Source of the DNA: a virus
Lineage: Duplodnaviria; Caudoviricetes
Length of the DNA stretch: 60,396 nt
Virus record (IMG/VR): IMGVR_UViG_3300037848_000009
Coordinates: 1-60,396 of that record
Reading direction: 5' to 3' (one strand)
A program made the position numbers and the translations under genes. Position 1 is the stretch's first letter. Each line of letters opens with the position of its first letter. Below are positions 27,871-37,765 of this stretch, piece after piece. The notes under the pieces are model-generated. The model saw only the letters and a program-made list of their open reading frames with translations, searched no databases and was not told where the DNA came from.

Positions 27871-30800
27871 ATGACCTGGCCTACCAATAATGACACCTAT
27901 GAATATCGGCTGCGCTGTTGGATTGCGGGCGTCCCTTACAAGCTGGCAGCGTTTCCGGCGCGGCGCATTGAATTAGGCCAGCGCACCACCTGTCCCGTTG
28001 AACTTGATCGGGCTGTGCCTGTCTCGAACAATCCACAGACGGCGCGCATTGATGTGGGGGTCTTTGTTGACGGGGGTATTCTTTGGAAACGCTTTGTCAC
28101 GGGCTATTTTTTGCATGACCAGACCGCAGGCGGGCCGCAATTGTACCGGGGCACCATCATTGATTGCCTCTGGAAAATGGACACTGCATTACAATCAGAT
28201 ATTGTCTGGAGTAACACGACGGTGGTAGACGCGCTGACAGACAGCACTGATGGGTTGTTTGCGCGCGCGGGGCTGGATGCCAGCGAGCAGGGGTTTGTGT
28301 TTGATCCCGGCACCGTCTGGAACCTGGGTAATGTCGCAGATATCACCATTGAGCAGGGCACCACCATTCGCGACGTGTTTGATCGTATCCTTGAGCACGC
28401 CGGATTGACGTATTTTGTCAATGCAGGCGGTGCCGTCTGCGTTGTACCAGATGTCAGTATTCCTAATCAGAACGGGGCCCCAACGTTTTCGAGCGGTATT
28501 GATAACGATTTCAGCTTACCAGATGGCACACTAGGGCTGAACAGACCAGAACGGCTCTGGACCGATTGGCAGGCAGTCATCATCTCGTACACGGCAACCG
28601 GGCCAGAGATTGACGGGGCCACCCCGAACGCCACCGTGAGTACATCATTCTTCAGTGTTGGCAAAGAGGACGGTAGCAATTTTCCGTATTATCAAACAAC
28701 TGAGGTGTGTGAGGCAAAAGCGCGTCAAATTGTGCGCAGGTCGTGTGCGCGAACCCAATCAGCGTCGTTTCGCGCTAATCTCAATCCTGAGATTTTCTCG
28801 TGGCAAAGCATCAAACTCTTTTGTCCAGAAATCGGAATTGATAGCGTTGAGTCGGTCATTGTGCGAAGTACCGCCAATACGGGCGGTATCACCACGTTTA
28901 TTATTGATTTCGGACCATCGCTGGTTGCCACAGACACCACCGTCGAGCCGCCTCCTGATGACAATGGCGACGGTGGTATACTGGAACCGATTGGTCTGAT
29001 TTCCGGGGTCGATCCTATCGCATCGATCACGTATATCATTGATTACGAGCGCGATAATGCTGGCAACGCCATCTATTATGTATCTGCAGACGGCACCGGG
29101 TCGCTTTCCAATTCAGGTGCAGGCGTGACATACTCCTGGGATGCGACAACCGGCAGCACCAACGGCAGTCCCACCAGCAGCACCGAGGCCAGCGATATAT
29201 TTACCTATAGTAGCCTGACCGATGCACAACTCACATTAACCGTCGCTGATGCCAGCGATGCAACCCTGACCGATACAATCACCGTGTTTTTTGACGACCC
29301 ATCCATCGATGTGTTTACACGCGTGCTCACGTACGAGTTAGACGATGCCTGGTATGTTGATTACAACCCCGATATTGCAGCGGCGGTATTTGCCCCGGCA
29401 GGCGAAACGTGTGTGGCTGTCCCTCGCTACAACGAAGAGGGATTTCTATGGGCGATTTTCACCACCGGGGGCAACACGAAAGTATATCGGCGTGATCCTG
29501 AAAACTACCTGTCTGCGCCTGAAGAAATCGTCACCCTGGCCGGGTCGGGGGTCGATATTTTCGTGGGGGAGCCATTCGTTAGTGAACAATTGCTCAACAC
29601 GGTACTCGTTGCTATTGACCAGTCTATTGCCTATACACGCAACGCAACCGGTGACGAACCAACATGGCAAACAACAACGGCAACGGGCGAAACCCTGACA
29701 AGCGTGCTGGTGAGTGCCTACAACGATCAAGAGTTTTTTGCAACCGGCGGGAACAAACTCTTTCGCAGCACAGACAGCGGAGCAACCTGGAACACAATCA
29801 TCACCAGTGCTGACGCCGGGGCAATAGCTGAGGATTTTGCTATTGCCCCCTGGGGGACCGCGGCGGTCTTTTCGGGCGCGTCAACTGATGCGCGGCGCAT
29901 CTCTTTTGCCCAACCGGCACTCACCGTCGCCTATACAGACACGCCAGCAGGCGGCGAGGAATTCCAAACCATTACGCCGTTGCTTTTGCGCAATGGATAC
30001 AAAATCGGCAGTAGTGCAGGTGATGTTTACCTGCTGCTGCAAAACAGCGTAACACCCACCCAATTTGATGTTACGCGCCTGGTGAGCAGCGGCCCGGCAG
30101 ATATTCAGCGCGCCGTCCGTGATGGCGAATTGCCACTGGCGTTTTTTGCTGATGACAATGGCGTATACAAGCAGGCGGCAGACGAGGCAACACTCACACT
30201 GATTGACAGTGGGGTTTCGCGTCGCGTCGGGTTCGGTCCGTTGCGGGCGGCCATTGTGTCCTCCGAGACGGTACTCATCCCCACCGTCGGGCTATCCGGC
30301 GGCGGCGTGTACGAATACACTGGCGGCTCGTGGGCGCTGCGTAACAATGGCCTGCCCGCTACCACGCTGTATGGGCAGGGAGTGATGGCAGAGCCGAATA
30401 ACCCTGACATCTGGTATGCGGTGTTCACTACCAACAGTGCCGGTGATGTGCAGGTGTCAGGCGGCGAGCTTGTCGGCTCGGACGGCAGCACCGGCATATT
30501 CTGGCGATGGGATGGGAGCACCTGGGCAAATGTGCCGATATCAGCTGCAAGCGTCCCGGCAAACTCGCTCTTCTTTGAATTCACGGTCAGGGGCGCAGAG
30601 TGGGCAATCAGTGTGAACGATGTCTCTACATTCAGTGTGAGCATGAGCTACGTTTTTCGTGGTGTTGGGGCTACACAGGGCACGACAGCAAGTATTGCGA
30701 ACGTGGCAATTGGTGGCGTCGTCTTTATGGCTGATCGCACGATTGCCGCAACGTCGATATTTAGTCCCAGCCTGGCGACTGATGACAGTCTGTATTATGT

Positions 30801-31302
30801 CAGTGGCTCAGGATTAATCCTGTCCGGAGGTGTTGGCACGACATTTGACTCCGATCCGCGCTATCCGGCATCGTATCCTACAGGTGATCGCCTGGTCGTG
30901 TGTGGATATGACACGAATAGCGGCAGACCGGGGCGGGTGTATGCCACCCCGGACTACCGAAACAACCAGATCACTGAGCGGCTTGGAAATAACACGGCCT
31001 GGAGTGTTGTTGTCACGACAGATGAGCGCGTCTATGTCGGCGGCGGCGGTGGCAATACACGCACGGGTATTGCGGAGATTACCGATCTCTTTGGCACGCC
31101 ATCGGTGTCGGTGGTGGCTGCTTCTGGTGTGGCAGTCGGGCGCATCGGCATAGATCAGCAGACACGCTCGCTCGTGGCTGCGCTTAACAGTGCAAAAGAT
31201 ACGGTGTATCTCTGGGATGGCACGACGGAAACAACCATCGACGCAAGCAGCCTGACAGCGGCAAACCTGTCGGATTTTATAGAAGTTATCAGGAGGTCAT
31301 AA
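27871..31302 (+). CDS. Tail tip/receptor-binding protein (hub, PKD-like and propeller regions)
   Basis: 1143 aa, beta-rich, VTYSWD..LTLTVAD PKD-like, RSTDSGATW Asp-box. Confidence 0.7.
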   Translation: MTWPTNNDTYEYRLRCWIAGVPYKLAAFPARRIELGQRTTCPVELDRAVPVSNNPQTARIDVGVFVDGGILWKRFVTGYFLHDQTAGGPQLYRGTIIDCLWKMDTALQSDIVWSNTTVVDALTDSTDGLFARAGLDASEQGFVFDPGTVWNLGNVADITIEQGTTIRDVFDRILEHAGLTYFVNAGGAVCVVPDVSIPNQNGAPTFSSGIDNDFSLPDGTLGLNRPERLWTDWQAVIISYTATGPEIDGATPNATVSTSFFSVGKEDGSNFPYYQTTEVCEAKARQIVRRSCARTQSASFRANLNPEIFSWQSIKLFCPEIGIDSVESVIVRSTANTGGITTFIIDFGPSLVATDTTVEPPPDDNGDGGILEPIGLISGVDPIASITYIIDYERDNAGNAIYYVSADGTGSLSNSGAGVTYSWDATTGSTNGSPTSSTEASDIFTYSSLTDAQLTLTVADASDATLTDTITVFFDDPSIDVFTRVLTYELDDAWYVDYNPDIAAAVFAPAGETCVAVPRYNEEGFLWAIFTTGGNTKVYRRDPENYLSAPEEIVTLAGSGVDIFVGEPFVSEQLLNTVLVAIDQSIAYTRNATGDEPTWQTTTATGETLTSVLVSAYNDQEFFATGGNKLFRSTDSGATWNTIITSADAGAIAEDFAIAPWGTAAVFSGASTDARRISFAQPALTVAYTDTPAGGEEFQTITPLLLRNGYKIGSSAGDVYLLLQNSVTPTQFDVTRLVSSGPADIQRAVRDGELPLAFFADDNGVYKQAADEATLTLIDSGVSRRVGFGPLRAAIVSSETVLIPTVGLSGGGVYEYTGGSWALRNNGLPATTLYGQGVMAEPNNPDIWYAVFTTNSAGDVQVSGGELVGSDGSTGIFWRWDGSTWANVPISAASVPANSLFFEFTVRGAEWAISVNDVSTFSVSMSYVFRGVGATQGTTASIANVAIGGVVFMADRTIAATSIFSPSLATDDSLYYVSGSGLILSGGVGTTFDSDPRYPASYPTGDRLVVCGYDTNSGRPGRVYATPDYRNNQITERLGNNTAWSVVVTTDERVYVGGGGGNTRTGIAEITDLFGTPSVSVVAASGVAVGRIGIDQQTRSLVAALNSAKDTVYLWDGTTETTIDASSLTAANLSDFIEVIRRS

Positions 31303-32649
31303 ATGCCGGACCAGACCCGAACCGATTATCTCATGGGACGCATCCTGGGGCGTTCTATCCAGATTGGTGACAATGCCGTGCGTTTAGCGCGCCAGGATGC
31401 GCAGTCCATTGCGAATAACATTGCAAATGACATAGTGGAGGATGCTTTGGGTGATTTTCAATTCGACTTCGCAGGCCAATTAGAGGTTGTCGAGCCGGTT
31501 ATTCTGTTTGATATCTCGCACGAATACGACAAGCAGCCGCTCTTGATAGAGGAAACAACTGTCGGCGGCGGGAATACTGCAACGTTTGACAACAACGAAC
31601 GCCTTGTCAAAATGACATTAGGCGGGACGAATACCGGCAGCGTAACCCGTCAGAGCCGTCAATACATCCGCTATCAGCCAGGCCGTACGGCCTCTGCGCA
31701 GTTCACGGGCGTGATGGGCGCAGCAACTGAAAATGTGACACAGCGCATCGGTTTGTTTGACGATGACAATGGGATGTTCTTTGAGCAGACTTTCACCGAA
31801 AAGCGGGTTGTTATTCGCAATAGTAGTAGTGGTGCAACTATTGACGATCCTGTTGCCCAGGCTGATTGGAACGTTGACAAACTGGACGGCACCGGCAAAA
31901 GCGGTATCACCATTGACTGGACCAAAAATCAAGTATTCGTGATTGACTATTTGTGGCTTGGCACGGCGGGGGCCAATTTCGGGTTCATCCTGGATGGCGA
32001 TATTGTGTGGTGCCACAAAGCGCCCCAATCAAACGTCAATACCACCAGTTTTACACAAACGGGGGTGCTGCCGGTCAGGTATCAGATCGTCAACGATACA
32101 TCCGCCGCCGCCGCCGAGATGAAAATGATCTGCGCCGCCGTAAAAAGCAAGGGCGGCGTCCAGAACGAAAGGGCGCTGCCGTTCAGCGCTACGACGGGTA
32201 CCGCGGGGCGCTCTATTGGGGGGACACTTGATCCGGTCATTGGTATTCGGCAGAAAAACACCTTCAACACTATCACCAATCGAGGCATTACGATCCCGTA
32301 TGGTGTCAATATCACGACAGAGGATCAGGGCATACGCTGGGCGGTGCTATACGATCCAACGTCGGTCACCGGGGCCTCGTGGGTATCGGCGGACGCTGAC
32401 AGTCATATGGAGTATGACATATCAGCGACAGCCATATCAGGCGGCATTAAGATTATTAGCGGCTTTCTGCTGGTCGGCAATGGCAATAACGACATCGGCA
32501 ACCTGTCAAACGTCATCAATAGCCGCCTGCCGCTGGGGCTCAATGCAGCAGGCGCGTCTGGCAGTGGCATTGCGCTCTATCTGGTGGCGGAGTCGTTTAC
32601 GGGCACCGCCACTGTGCGAGCTGCGATGGAATGGGGCGAGCTACGGTAG
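31303..32649 (+). CDS. Putative virion beta-sandwich/lectin-like protein
   Basis: RQSRQYIRYQPG..RIGLFDDDNGMFF..QADWNVD; last gene of tail operon. Confidence 0.62.
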   Translation: MPDQTRTDYLMGRILGRSIQIGDNAVRLARQDAQSIANNIANDIVEDALGDFQFDFAGQLEVVEPVILFDISHEYDKQPLLIEETTVGGGNTATFDNNERLVKMTLGGTNTGSVTRQSRQYIRYQPGRTASAQFTGVMGAATENVTQRIGLFDDDNGMFFEQTFTEKRVVIRNSSSGATIDDPVAQADWNVDKLDGTGKSGITIDWTKNQVFVIDYLWLGTAGANFGFILDGDIVWCHKAPQSNVNTTSFTQTGVLPVRYQIVNDTSAAAAEMKMICAAVKSKGGVQNERALPFSATTGTAGRSIGGTLDPVIGIRQKNTFNTITNRGITIPYGVNITTEDQGIRWAVLYDPTSVTGASWVSADADSHMEYDISATAISGGIKIISGFLLVGNGNNDIGNLSNVINSRLPLGLNAAGASGSGIALYLVAESFTGTATVRAAMEWGELR

Positions 32650-32889
32650 GGAGCCCCTTCCTTTCTTCCTCCTATACTGCTGTCGTTCGCTCAACTCATC
32701 AAACAGCTTCCGCTGTCGCTGACCACGCTCGGCAGCATAGCGTTCCACACTGGCGCGGGTAACGCGCCCCTGGTTGCCGATGGTAGGTACAACTTCCAGT
32801 TTGCCGCGCTGTACCATCTTGCGCTCGGCAGCATTGCATACGACTAGCAGCGCGGCAGCTTCGCGGTAGGTGAGGGTATCATCTGGCAT
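32641..32889 (-). CDS. HTH_17/excisionase-like DNA-binding protein
   Basis: LTYREAAALL..VQRGKL..RVTRASVERY. Confidence 0.75.
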   Translation of the reverse strand: MPDDTLTYREAAALLVVCNAAERKMVQRGKLEVVPTIGNQGRVTRASVERYAAERGQRQRKLFDELSERQQYRRKKGRGSLP

Positions 32890-32890
32890 T

Positions 32891-33112
32891 CTATACCTGG
32901 CTTTCCAGATATTGCAACACCTTTACCACATCATACCCGTCGGCAACGACCAAGTCATACAGGTTTTTGTGCATGAAAGCTTCATAAACTGTGCTGAACT
33001 CTTGCGCTGTATCTACAATCGACAGCGCGTCGGGCGTGTGTACTGTAATGCGTATGATGCGGTCTGCTGTCTGGCGTACGATTGCCTCTTGTGCTGGTTG
33101 TGGTTTGTTCAT
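32891..33112 (-). CDS. Hypothetical protein
   Basis: AGGAG RBS before MNKPQP. Confidence 0.55.
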   Translation of the reverse strand: MNKPQPAQEAIVRQTADRIIRITVHTPDALSIVDTAQEFSTVYEAFMHKNLYDLVVADGYDVVKVLQYLESQV

Positions 33113-33223
33113 CGCGCTGTCTCCTGTGTTGCTATGGGCGGCTTGCGCCGCCCGTGTATAAGTTTGATTCCGACTAATAGTCTGTGCCAAGCAAGTGGTG
33201 GTATCACTAGGGGTTTGTATGGT

Positions 33224-33385
33224 TGGAAACTGGCAGGAGTCGAACCTGCACCTCCAGACATCTACACCCTCGTGATAGTCATTGCCTCTGTCAAGACTTT
33301 GAACTATCCGTAAAGTGGAACACAGACACCCGTGACAGCGGATACCTGTGTACCTGGCGTCCTGCCGTTAAGACGACAGTTTCCA
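33224..33385 (-). ncRNA. tRNA-shaped RNA with a ~95-nt structured insert in place of the anticodon loop
   Basis: Acceptor GGAAACTG/CAGTTTCC, D arm GTCT-TAACGGCA-GGAC, stem CCAGG/TCTGG, T arm GCAGG-TTCGACT-CCTGC. Confidence 0.8.
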
Positions 33386-33427
33386 CGTGGTTGCCGTTAC
33401 AATGCCACGGACACGGGCGCAAATCTA

Positions 33428-33697
33428 TCAGTCATTATTGTTGTAATCGCACACCGCTTTTGCAGCCCTCGCATAATCATCATACGTATGCGGTTTGCCG
33501 TCAATGACTGCGCGGGTTTCACATCCAAAAGGGCCGTACCCGTGAGTAATCTCGACGTGTTGTACCCCGTTTTCAATCGCCTGAACAAGAAATGCTATTT
33601 CCCGTTCGTTGGGGAAGAACTCCCCGAAGTCGTTGTATAGGTCGGGGTTTTCTTTAGCAATTGCCAAAGCCTTTTCACGTGCTGTTGTGTTTGTCAT
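33428..33697 (-). CDS. Hypothetical protein
   Basis: AAGGAG RBS. Confidence 0.7.
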   Translation of the reverse strand: MTNTTAREKALAIAKENPDLYNDFGEFFPNEREIAFLVQAIENGVQHVEITHGYGPFGCETRAVIDGKPHTYDDYARAAKAVCDYNNND

Positions 33698-33785
33698 CTG
33701 TCTCGTCTCCTTGTCTGTGTTCGTTGTCTCTCAACTGACAATAGGGGATATGATAGAAGATTGCTACGAAACCGCTATCTGCGCA

Positions 33786-34187
33786 TTACGATCCTGTATC
33801 AAATCGCTTGACATACGACAGGATATCAACCTCATCAGCCGTTGCAAGCCATTTCAAACCGTTTGTGCCTTGCAGCGTCACCAGCCTATAGTCGTCAAAC
33901 GGGGCGAGTGCTGCCCAATACTTACAAAGCTTAGGCGATGAAAGTACGCGCTGCTCTGCAAGATGTTGCCATGCTTCCAGGTCGCCATTTTCGCGGTAGT
34001 CGGCCTTGCGTACCTTGGGATGGCGCGCGCCAATGGTGTCACGATAGCCCGGTGCGCTCATCTCAGGCGGGCCAGCCGCTACCCAGGCGTCACGCAATCG
34101 GCGCGATGTAAATCTCAGCACCCGATCCGCTCGCTGTCCATTGTTAACGACGTTACCACCATAAGCGTGTTCGATTGCGTAAAACAT
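33786..34187 (-). CDS. Hypothetical protein
   Basis: GAGG RBS. Confidence 0.7.
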   Translation of the reverse strand: MFYAIEHAYGGNVVNNGQRADRVLRFTSRRLRDAWVAAGPPEMSAPGYRDTIGARHPKVRKADYRENGDLEAWQHLAEQRVLSSPKLCKYWAALAPFDDYRLVTLQGTNGLKWLATADEVDILSYVKRFDTGS

Positions 34188-34243
34188 AGATTTTCCTCTT
34201 CCGGCAAGGCCCCGGCATCGCGCCAGGGGCCTTTGTGTTGGGA

Positions 34244-34597
34244 TTACAGATAGTCAGAGGCTTCTAGCTCCTGCCATGCCGCCTCAATCGCCCATTGCTT
34301 ATAAGATGAACGATTGAATAGCTCGTCGTCTGGATTGTCGCCATAGGAAACGACGAGTTCATTCACAAGCTTTTCCCGCTTCCCTTCCCAGTCACACCTA
34401 AGGTCGTCTGCGTATTCTTGCGCCGCCGCTTGTGTGTCGAAGATGCGCTGGCCTTCCATATCCGCCGACCATAGGGCAGTGCCACTTTTAATCTCATACA
34501 CTGATTTCGGAAGCATACCGTAATAGATATACGTCGATACCGTCCATTTACCCCTCCAGTTTTCTTCGTTCTGATACTTCGGGTTTGGTCCTCCCAT
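34244..34597 (-). CDS. Hypothetical protein
   Basis: AGAAAGGA RBS. Confidence 0.7.
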   Translation of the reverse strand: MGGPNPKYQNEENWRGKWTVSTYIYYGMLPKSVYEIKSGTALWSADMEGQRIFDTQAAAQEYADDLRCDWEGKREKLVNELVVSYGDNPDDELFNRSSYKQWAIEAAWQELEASDYL

Positions 34598-34652
34598 GGT
34601 GTGTTCCTTTCTGCCCGATACGATGCCTCGGAGCCGGGCTGCTTATTTTTAC

Positions 34653-34952
34653 TTAGACCACTTCAAACGCCATATCGAAATTCTGATGCATTTGCTCGAT
34701 AGCATTCTCATAGAATGCAGGCACATTATCATCACCCATATCATCATCACTCAGCGCGGGCACTGGAACAATAATGCCAGGGCTATCATACAGATTGCCG
34801 ATGTTATTGTTCCACAGCAGCCGATATGTGCCGTCTATGAACAGTTCTACACTGTAACCGCTGCCGCCAAACGATGCCTGTGTGCTCTTGTCGATAGCAA
34901 TCTCGATCTCTTCCTGGAATGCTGCGTATGCTGACTGAAATTGTTCCTTCAT
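34653..34952 (-). CDS. Hypothetical acidic protein
   Basis: AAGGGA RBS; TATAAT upstream at 34997-35002. Confidence 0.7.
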   Translation of the reverse strand: MKEQFQSAYAAFQEEIEIAIDKSTQASFGGSGYSVELFIDGTYRLLWNNNIGNLYDSPGIIVPVPALSDDDMGDDNVPAFYENAIEQMHQNFDMAFEVV

Positions 34953-35024
34953 CGTTGTTTCCCTTCTGTATCGCTCATATCGTTTTCTATGTCCCTATTA
35001 TAGCGCGAACAGGGGTAGAGTTGT

Positions 35025-35066
35025 ATGATAAATTCCTGATAGACACCTGATAAATACCTGATAAAA
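35025..35066. repeat. Four 11-bp-spaced (CC)TGATA boxes upstream of a minus-strand -10; putative operator
   Basis: atgataaatt-cctgatagaca-cctgataaata-cctgataaaa. Confidence 0.55.
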
Positions 35067-35102
35067 GTGACAGGGGTATCTTGCGCGTACAAAATCCAGA
35101 CA

Positions 35103-35140
35103 ACACAAAACCCCGCCTTTCTGGGGTAAAACTGGCGGGG
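35103..35140 (-). terminator. Intrinsic terminator after the FtsK operon
   Basis: CCCCGCC..GGCGGGG stem followed by TTTTGTGT on the minus strand. Confidence 0.6.
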
Positions 35141-35197
35141 CCTGTGCTATGCACGTACTTGATTTATGCCGCCCGTCTTTCGGACGACCTGGTGCTA

Positions 35198-35356
35198 TTA
35201 TAGCATAGCAGCAACAATAGTCGCTGCAATAACTGCCGAGGCAAACGCGATGCCCCGCTGGTGAGCACGTGAGCCATTGCGCTGCGCATACCACACGATA
35301 GCAAATACAAGCAATGCAACAACGATGAGGCGCGCCAGGTAGATCAGGTGGTGCAT
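35198..35356 (-). CDS. Small two-helix membrane protein
   Basis: MHHLIYLARLIVVALLVFAIVWY..; TGATG coupling. Confidence 0.6.
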   Translation of the reverse strand: MHHLIYLARLIVVALLVFAIVWYAQRNGSRAHQRGIAFASAVIAATIVAAML

Positions 35357-35520
35357 CACTCCCGCTCGCGTGTCGCAATGCCACGCATCGCCCCGCTCAC
35401 CCGGCTCGCGGCATCGTTCACACCCTGCGTGTAGCCGCGTCCGTAGCCAATGTTCCAGCCAGCAACCAGACCAGCGATCAGGACGATGATCAGCACGATG
35501 ATGTAAGGGTCCAGATTCAC
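35356..35520 (-). CDS. Small membrane protein (54 aa, below the ORF-track cutoff)
   Basis: MNLDPYIIVLIIVLIAGLVAGWNIGYGRGY; GTGA overlap with the ATPase stop. Confidence 0.65.
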   Translation of the reverse strand: MNLDPYIIVLIIVLIAGLVAGWNIGYGRGYTQGVNDAASRVSGAMRGIATRERE

Positions 35521-36995
35521 GCGCCCACCTTTCTTTCTTGCAGCGCACCACGCACCACGGCCTGCACCTGCTCGCTGGCTTCCGTGTAGCGCCTTCCGTT
35601 CTTTGCTCCGCTGATTTCACGTGCAATTTCTGCCATACTTGCCCCGTTTGCGAACATATCCAGAATACGGCGTTCTGCTGCAGTATACTCTTTTGCCGTG
35701 GGGTTGCCAGTGCCTTGCCGAGGTAGCGCCGGTTCCAGGGTTTCAGCTTGACTGTGCAGGTCATCTGGCAATAGCCTGGCAATACCCTGGTTGCTTGCGA
35801 GCGGGACCCTGGCAAGGGTGGTCTGTGGCCTTGCGGCGCTGCGCAAGAGTACCACGCCCTGCCCAAGTTGGCGCTCATAGGTGGCAATATCCTTTTTGCT
35901 CATATCGAGTAACTGGACCGCGCTATGCCCGGCGCCGCCAGAATAGTATGCGGTGCGCAGGTTCTCACGGATTTCGCCGCCGGTTTGTAAGGTTTTGGTG
36001 AGCAGGTCTTGCGAACTGGTCACGAGATACAGTCGCACCTTGCGACCCTCCCTGAGTAGGCTTCCCAGCGTGTCCATAGCACCAGGGACGTTGGCAACAA
36101 TGGCTGGCAATTCGTCCACATACGCCACGAGCGGCGCGCCAGGGCGCTGGCCTGCGTTGCGCAGGTCGTAGCGCCGCGTCATTTCATCAGCGAGCCAGCG
36201 AAACAGGTCCTCTATCTGGCCTGCCTTGACTGCCGGTGTCAGGTGCAACCGCTGCGCTATGGCGCGCCAATCTTCCCCGCTCTCGGCATCGTATGCAGCG
36301 AAGTGGGGGTCTGCTATCACACACTGCACATTGCACGCCAATAGCTGAGAGAGCAGCAAGCGGCCCGTGTTACTCTTGCCGCCGCCGGTGGCTCCTACCA
36401 GCCCGGTGTGCATCAGATTTTTGGCGCTGACCGTGATGGGCTGCCCATCGTCTCCAATGGCAAGCAGGATGCTGTGGGGCGTCGGGGTATGGCTGATGCT
36501 TGCCAGGTCAACAGGGCCGGGTAAGGTCGGGGATTGCGCCACATCACCCGGCAATACAGATGCCGCCTCATGCTTCGCGTGCTGTGTATAACTGAGGCTG
36601 TGCGGGACGTGGGGGTGCCGGTTATTGGCATCAGCCACGAGTACCTGTGCTTGCAACCCAAGCTGGCGCATTGCGTAGCGCCGATCCCACTGCACGCCCT
36701 GTGCTGCGTTGATAGCGGCCAGCACCAGACTGTAGCCGACACCTGCCAGGAACAGAAACACGAGCATACCGAATGCCACGCTGCCATAGGTCTGGGCAGC
36801 AGACACAAGCGGCTCGTGTTGTTGCTGCAAAGCATCCCAGCGCTGCGCTTGTTGTAGCCGTAGCTCTGCGTGACCTTGCTCATAGGGTAGCATCGCACTG
36901 CGAGCGGCTACGGCGTCGGGGCTGGTGTAGGTAACGATGCCCCACGCGACCAGGGCAAAAGCAGCGATAGTAATGATAAAGGGGGCAAACTTCAT
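35517..36995 (-). CDS. Membrane-anchored FtsK/HerA-family ATPase with C-terminal HTH
   Basis: Two TM segments, GATGGGKS, YVDEL, EGRK..SSQ. Confidence 0.85.
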   Translation of the reverse strand: MKFAPFIITIAAFALVAWGIVTYTSPDAVAARSAMLPYEQGHAELRLQQAQRWDALQQQHEPLVSAAQTYGSVAFGMLVFLFLAGVGYSLVLAAINAAQGVQWDRRYAMRQLGLQAQVLVADANNRHPHVPHSLSYTQHAKHEAASVLPGDVAQSPTLPGPVDLASISHTPTPHSILLAIGDDGQPITVSAKNLMHTGLVGATGGGKSNTGRLLLSQLLACNVQCVIADPHFAAYDAESGEDWRAIAQRLHLTPAVKAGQIEDLFRWLADEMTRRYDLRNAGQRPGAPLVAYVDELPAIVANVPGAMDTLGSLLREGRKVRLYLVTSSQDLLTKTLQTGGEIRENLRTAYYSGGAGHSAVQLLDMSKKDIATYERQLGQGVVLLRSAARPQTTLARVPLASNQGIARLLPDDLHSQAETLEPALPRQGTGNPTAKEYTAAERRILDMFANGASMAEIAREISGAKNGRRYTEASEQVQAVVRGALQERKVGA

Positions 36996-37023
36996 ATGTC
37001 AGACCTCCATATGATAAGATAGA

Positions 37024-37097
37024 GTTGGCAGGCCAGCGGGGGACAGACCCCCTCGTTATGCCCTGCGTCACCAGGGCGGCCTGCCAACAGTATAGCA
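37024..37097 (-). other. Three-way-junction structure with overlapping extended -10 (TGcTATACT, 37089-37097)
   Basis: GTTGGCAGGCC/GGCCTGCCAAC 11-bp inverted repeat enclosing two hairpins. Confidence 0.6.
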
Positions 37098-37126
37098 CAT
37101 TCGGCCTGAGAGTACTATTCTTCCTT

Positions 37127-37765
37127 TTACAGTAAACATTTTGCCTGGTGCTCTGGCAACCAGTAGGGCGGGCGGATACCCATCAGGATGCCTGTTTCAT
37201 CCGGCAATGCTCGCATCTGTTTACCATCGTCGTCATATTCGCTCCAATCTGCGTGCCACGGCTCAATAAGCCAATCCACGCGCCCCCATCCCTGGCTGGT
37301 CTTTTTGCCGATAAACAGCATTGTTCTGAGGAGCGCCGCAATGCGATCCGCATCTCCCACCGCGTACCAGGAGACGAACAGAGCGTGCCGGTAGAACACA
37401 GGCATATGATACGATTTATAGCGCCCCGCCTCAACAAGCACTTTACCACGCCTGTTCTTAAAGTCCACAAGCCCACTGTGTTGATCAAAGCGTTTGTTCC
37501 AATGGTCGGTCCCCTCTGTTACCGTGCCGTGCCAGTGCGCAAAAGAGCACGCATAGTACCAGTGTTCGCCTATACCACGCCGATCAAGTGGCAGATCGAC
37601 CAGGGGCACGTCAAGTAACGCGCCCGAAACCGTGACATCTTGCGGGCCGTATGTTTCACGCATTGCCTGATACAGCAAGATGCCATCCAGGGGCAACGTC
37701 GCATCACTCAATACAGGTGTGCGCAATTTAGCTGTGATGCGAAGCGGCTCTAATCCTCCAGACAT
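37127..37765 (-). CDS. csf3: Type IV CRISPR Cas5-group protein Csf3
   Basis: PLRITAKL..LPLDGIL..YACS..WYAVGD..IGKKTSQGWGRV. Confidence 0.88.
   Translation of the reverse strand: MSGGLEPLRITAKLRTPVLSDATLPLDGILLYQAMRETYGPQDVTVSGALLDVPLVDLPLDRRGIGEHWYYACSFAHWHGTVTEGTDHWNKRFDQHSGLVDFKNRRGKVLVEAGRYKSYHMPVFYRHALFVSWYAVGDADRIAALLRTMLFIGKKTSQGWGRVDWLIEPWHADWSEYDDDGKQMRALPDETGILMGIRPPYWLPEHQAKCLL

Noticed and set aside
33224-33385. Ordinary tRNA or tmRNA
   Set aside because: No 7-nt anticodon loop; it has a D stem, lacks a tag ORF and is too short for tmRNA.
35198-35887. 229-aa minus-strand ORF
   Set aside because: Mostly overlaps the FtsK gene out of frame; only the last 52 codons look genuine.
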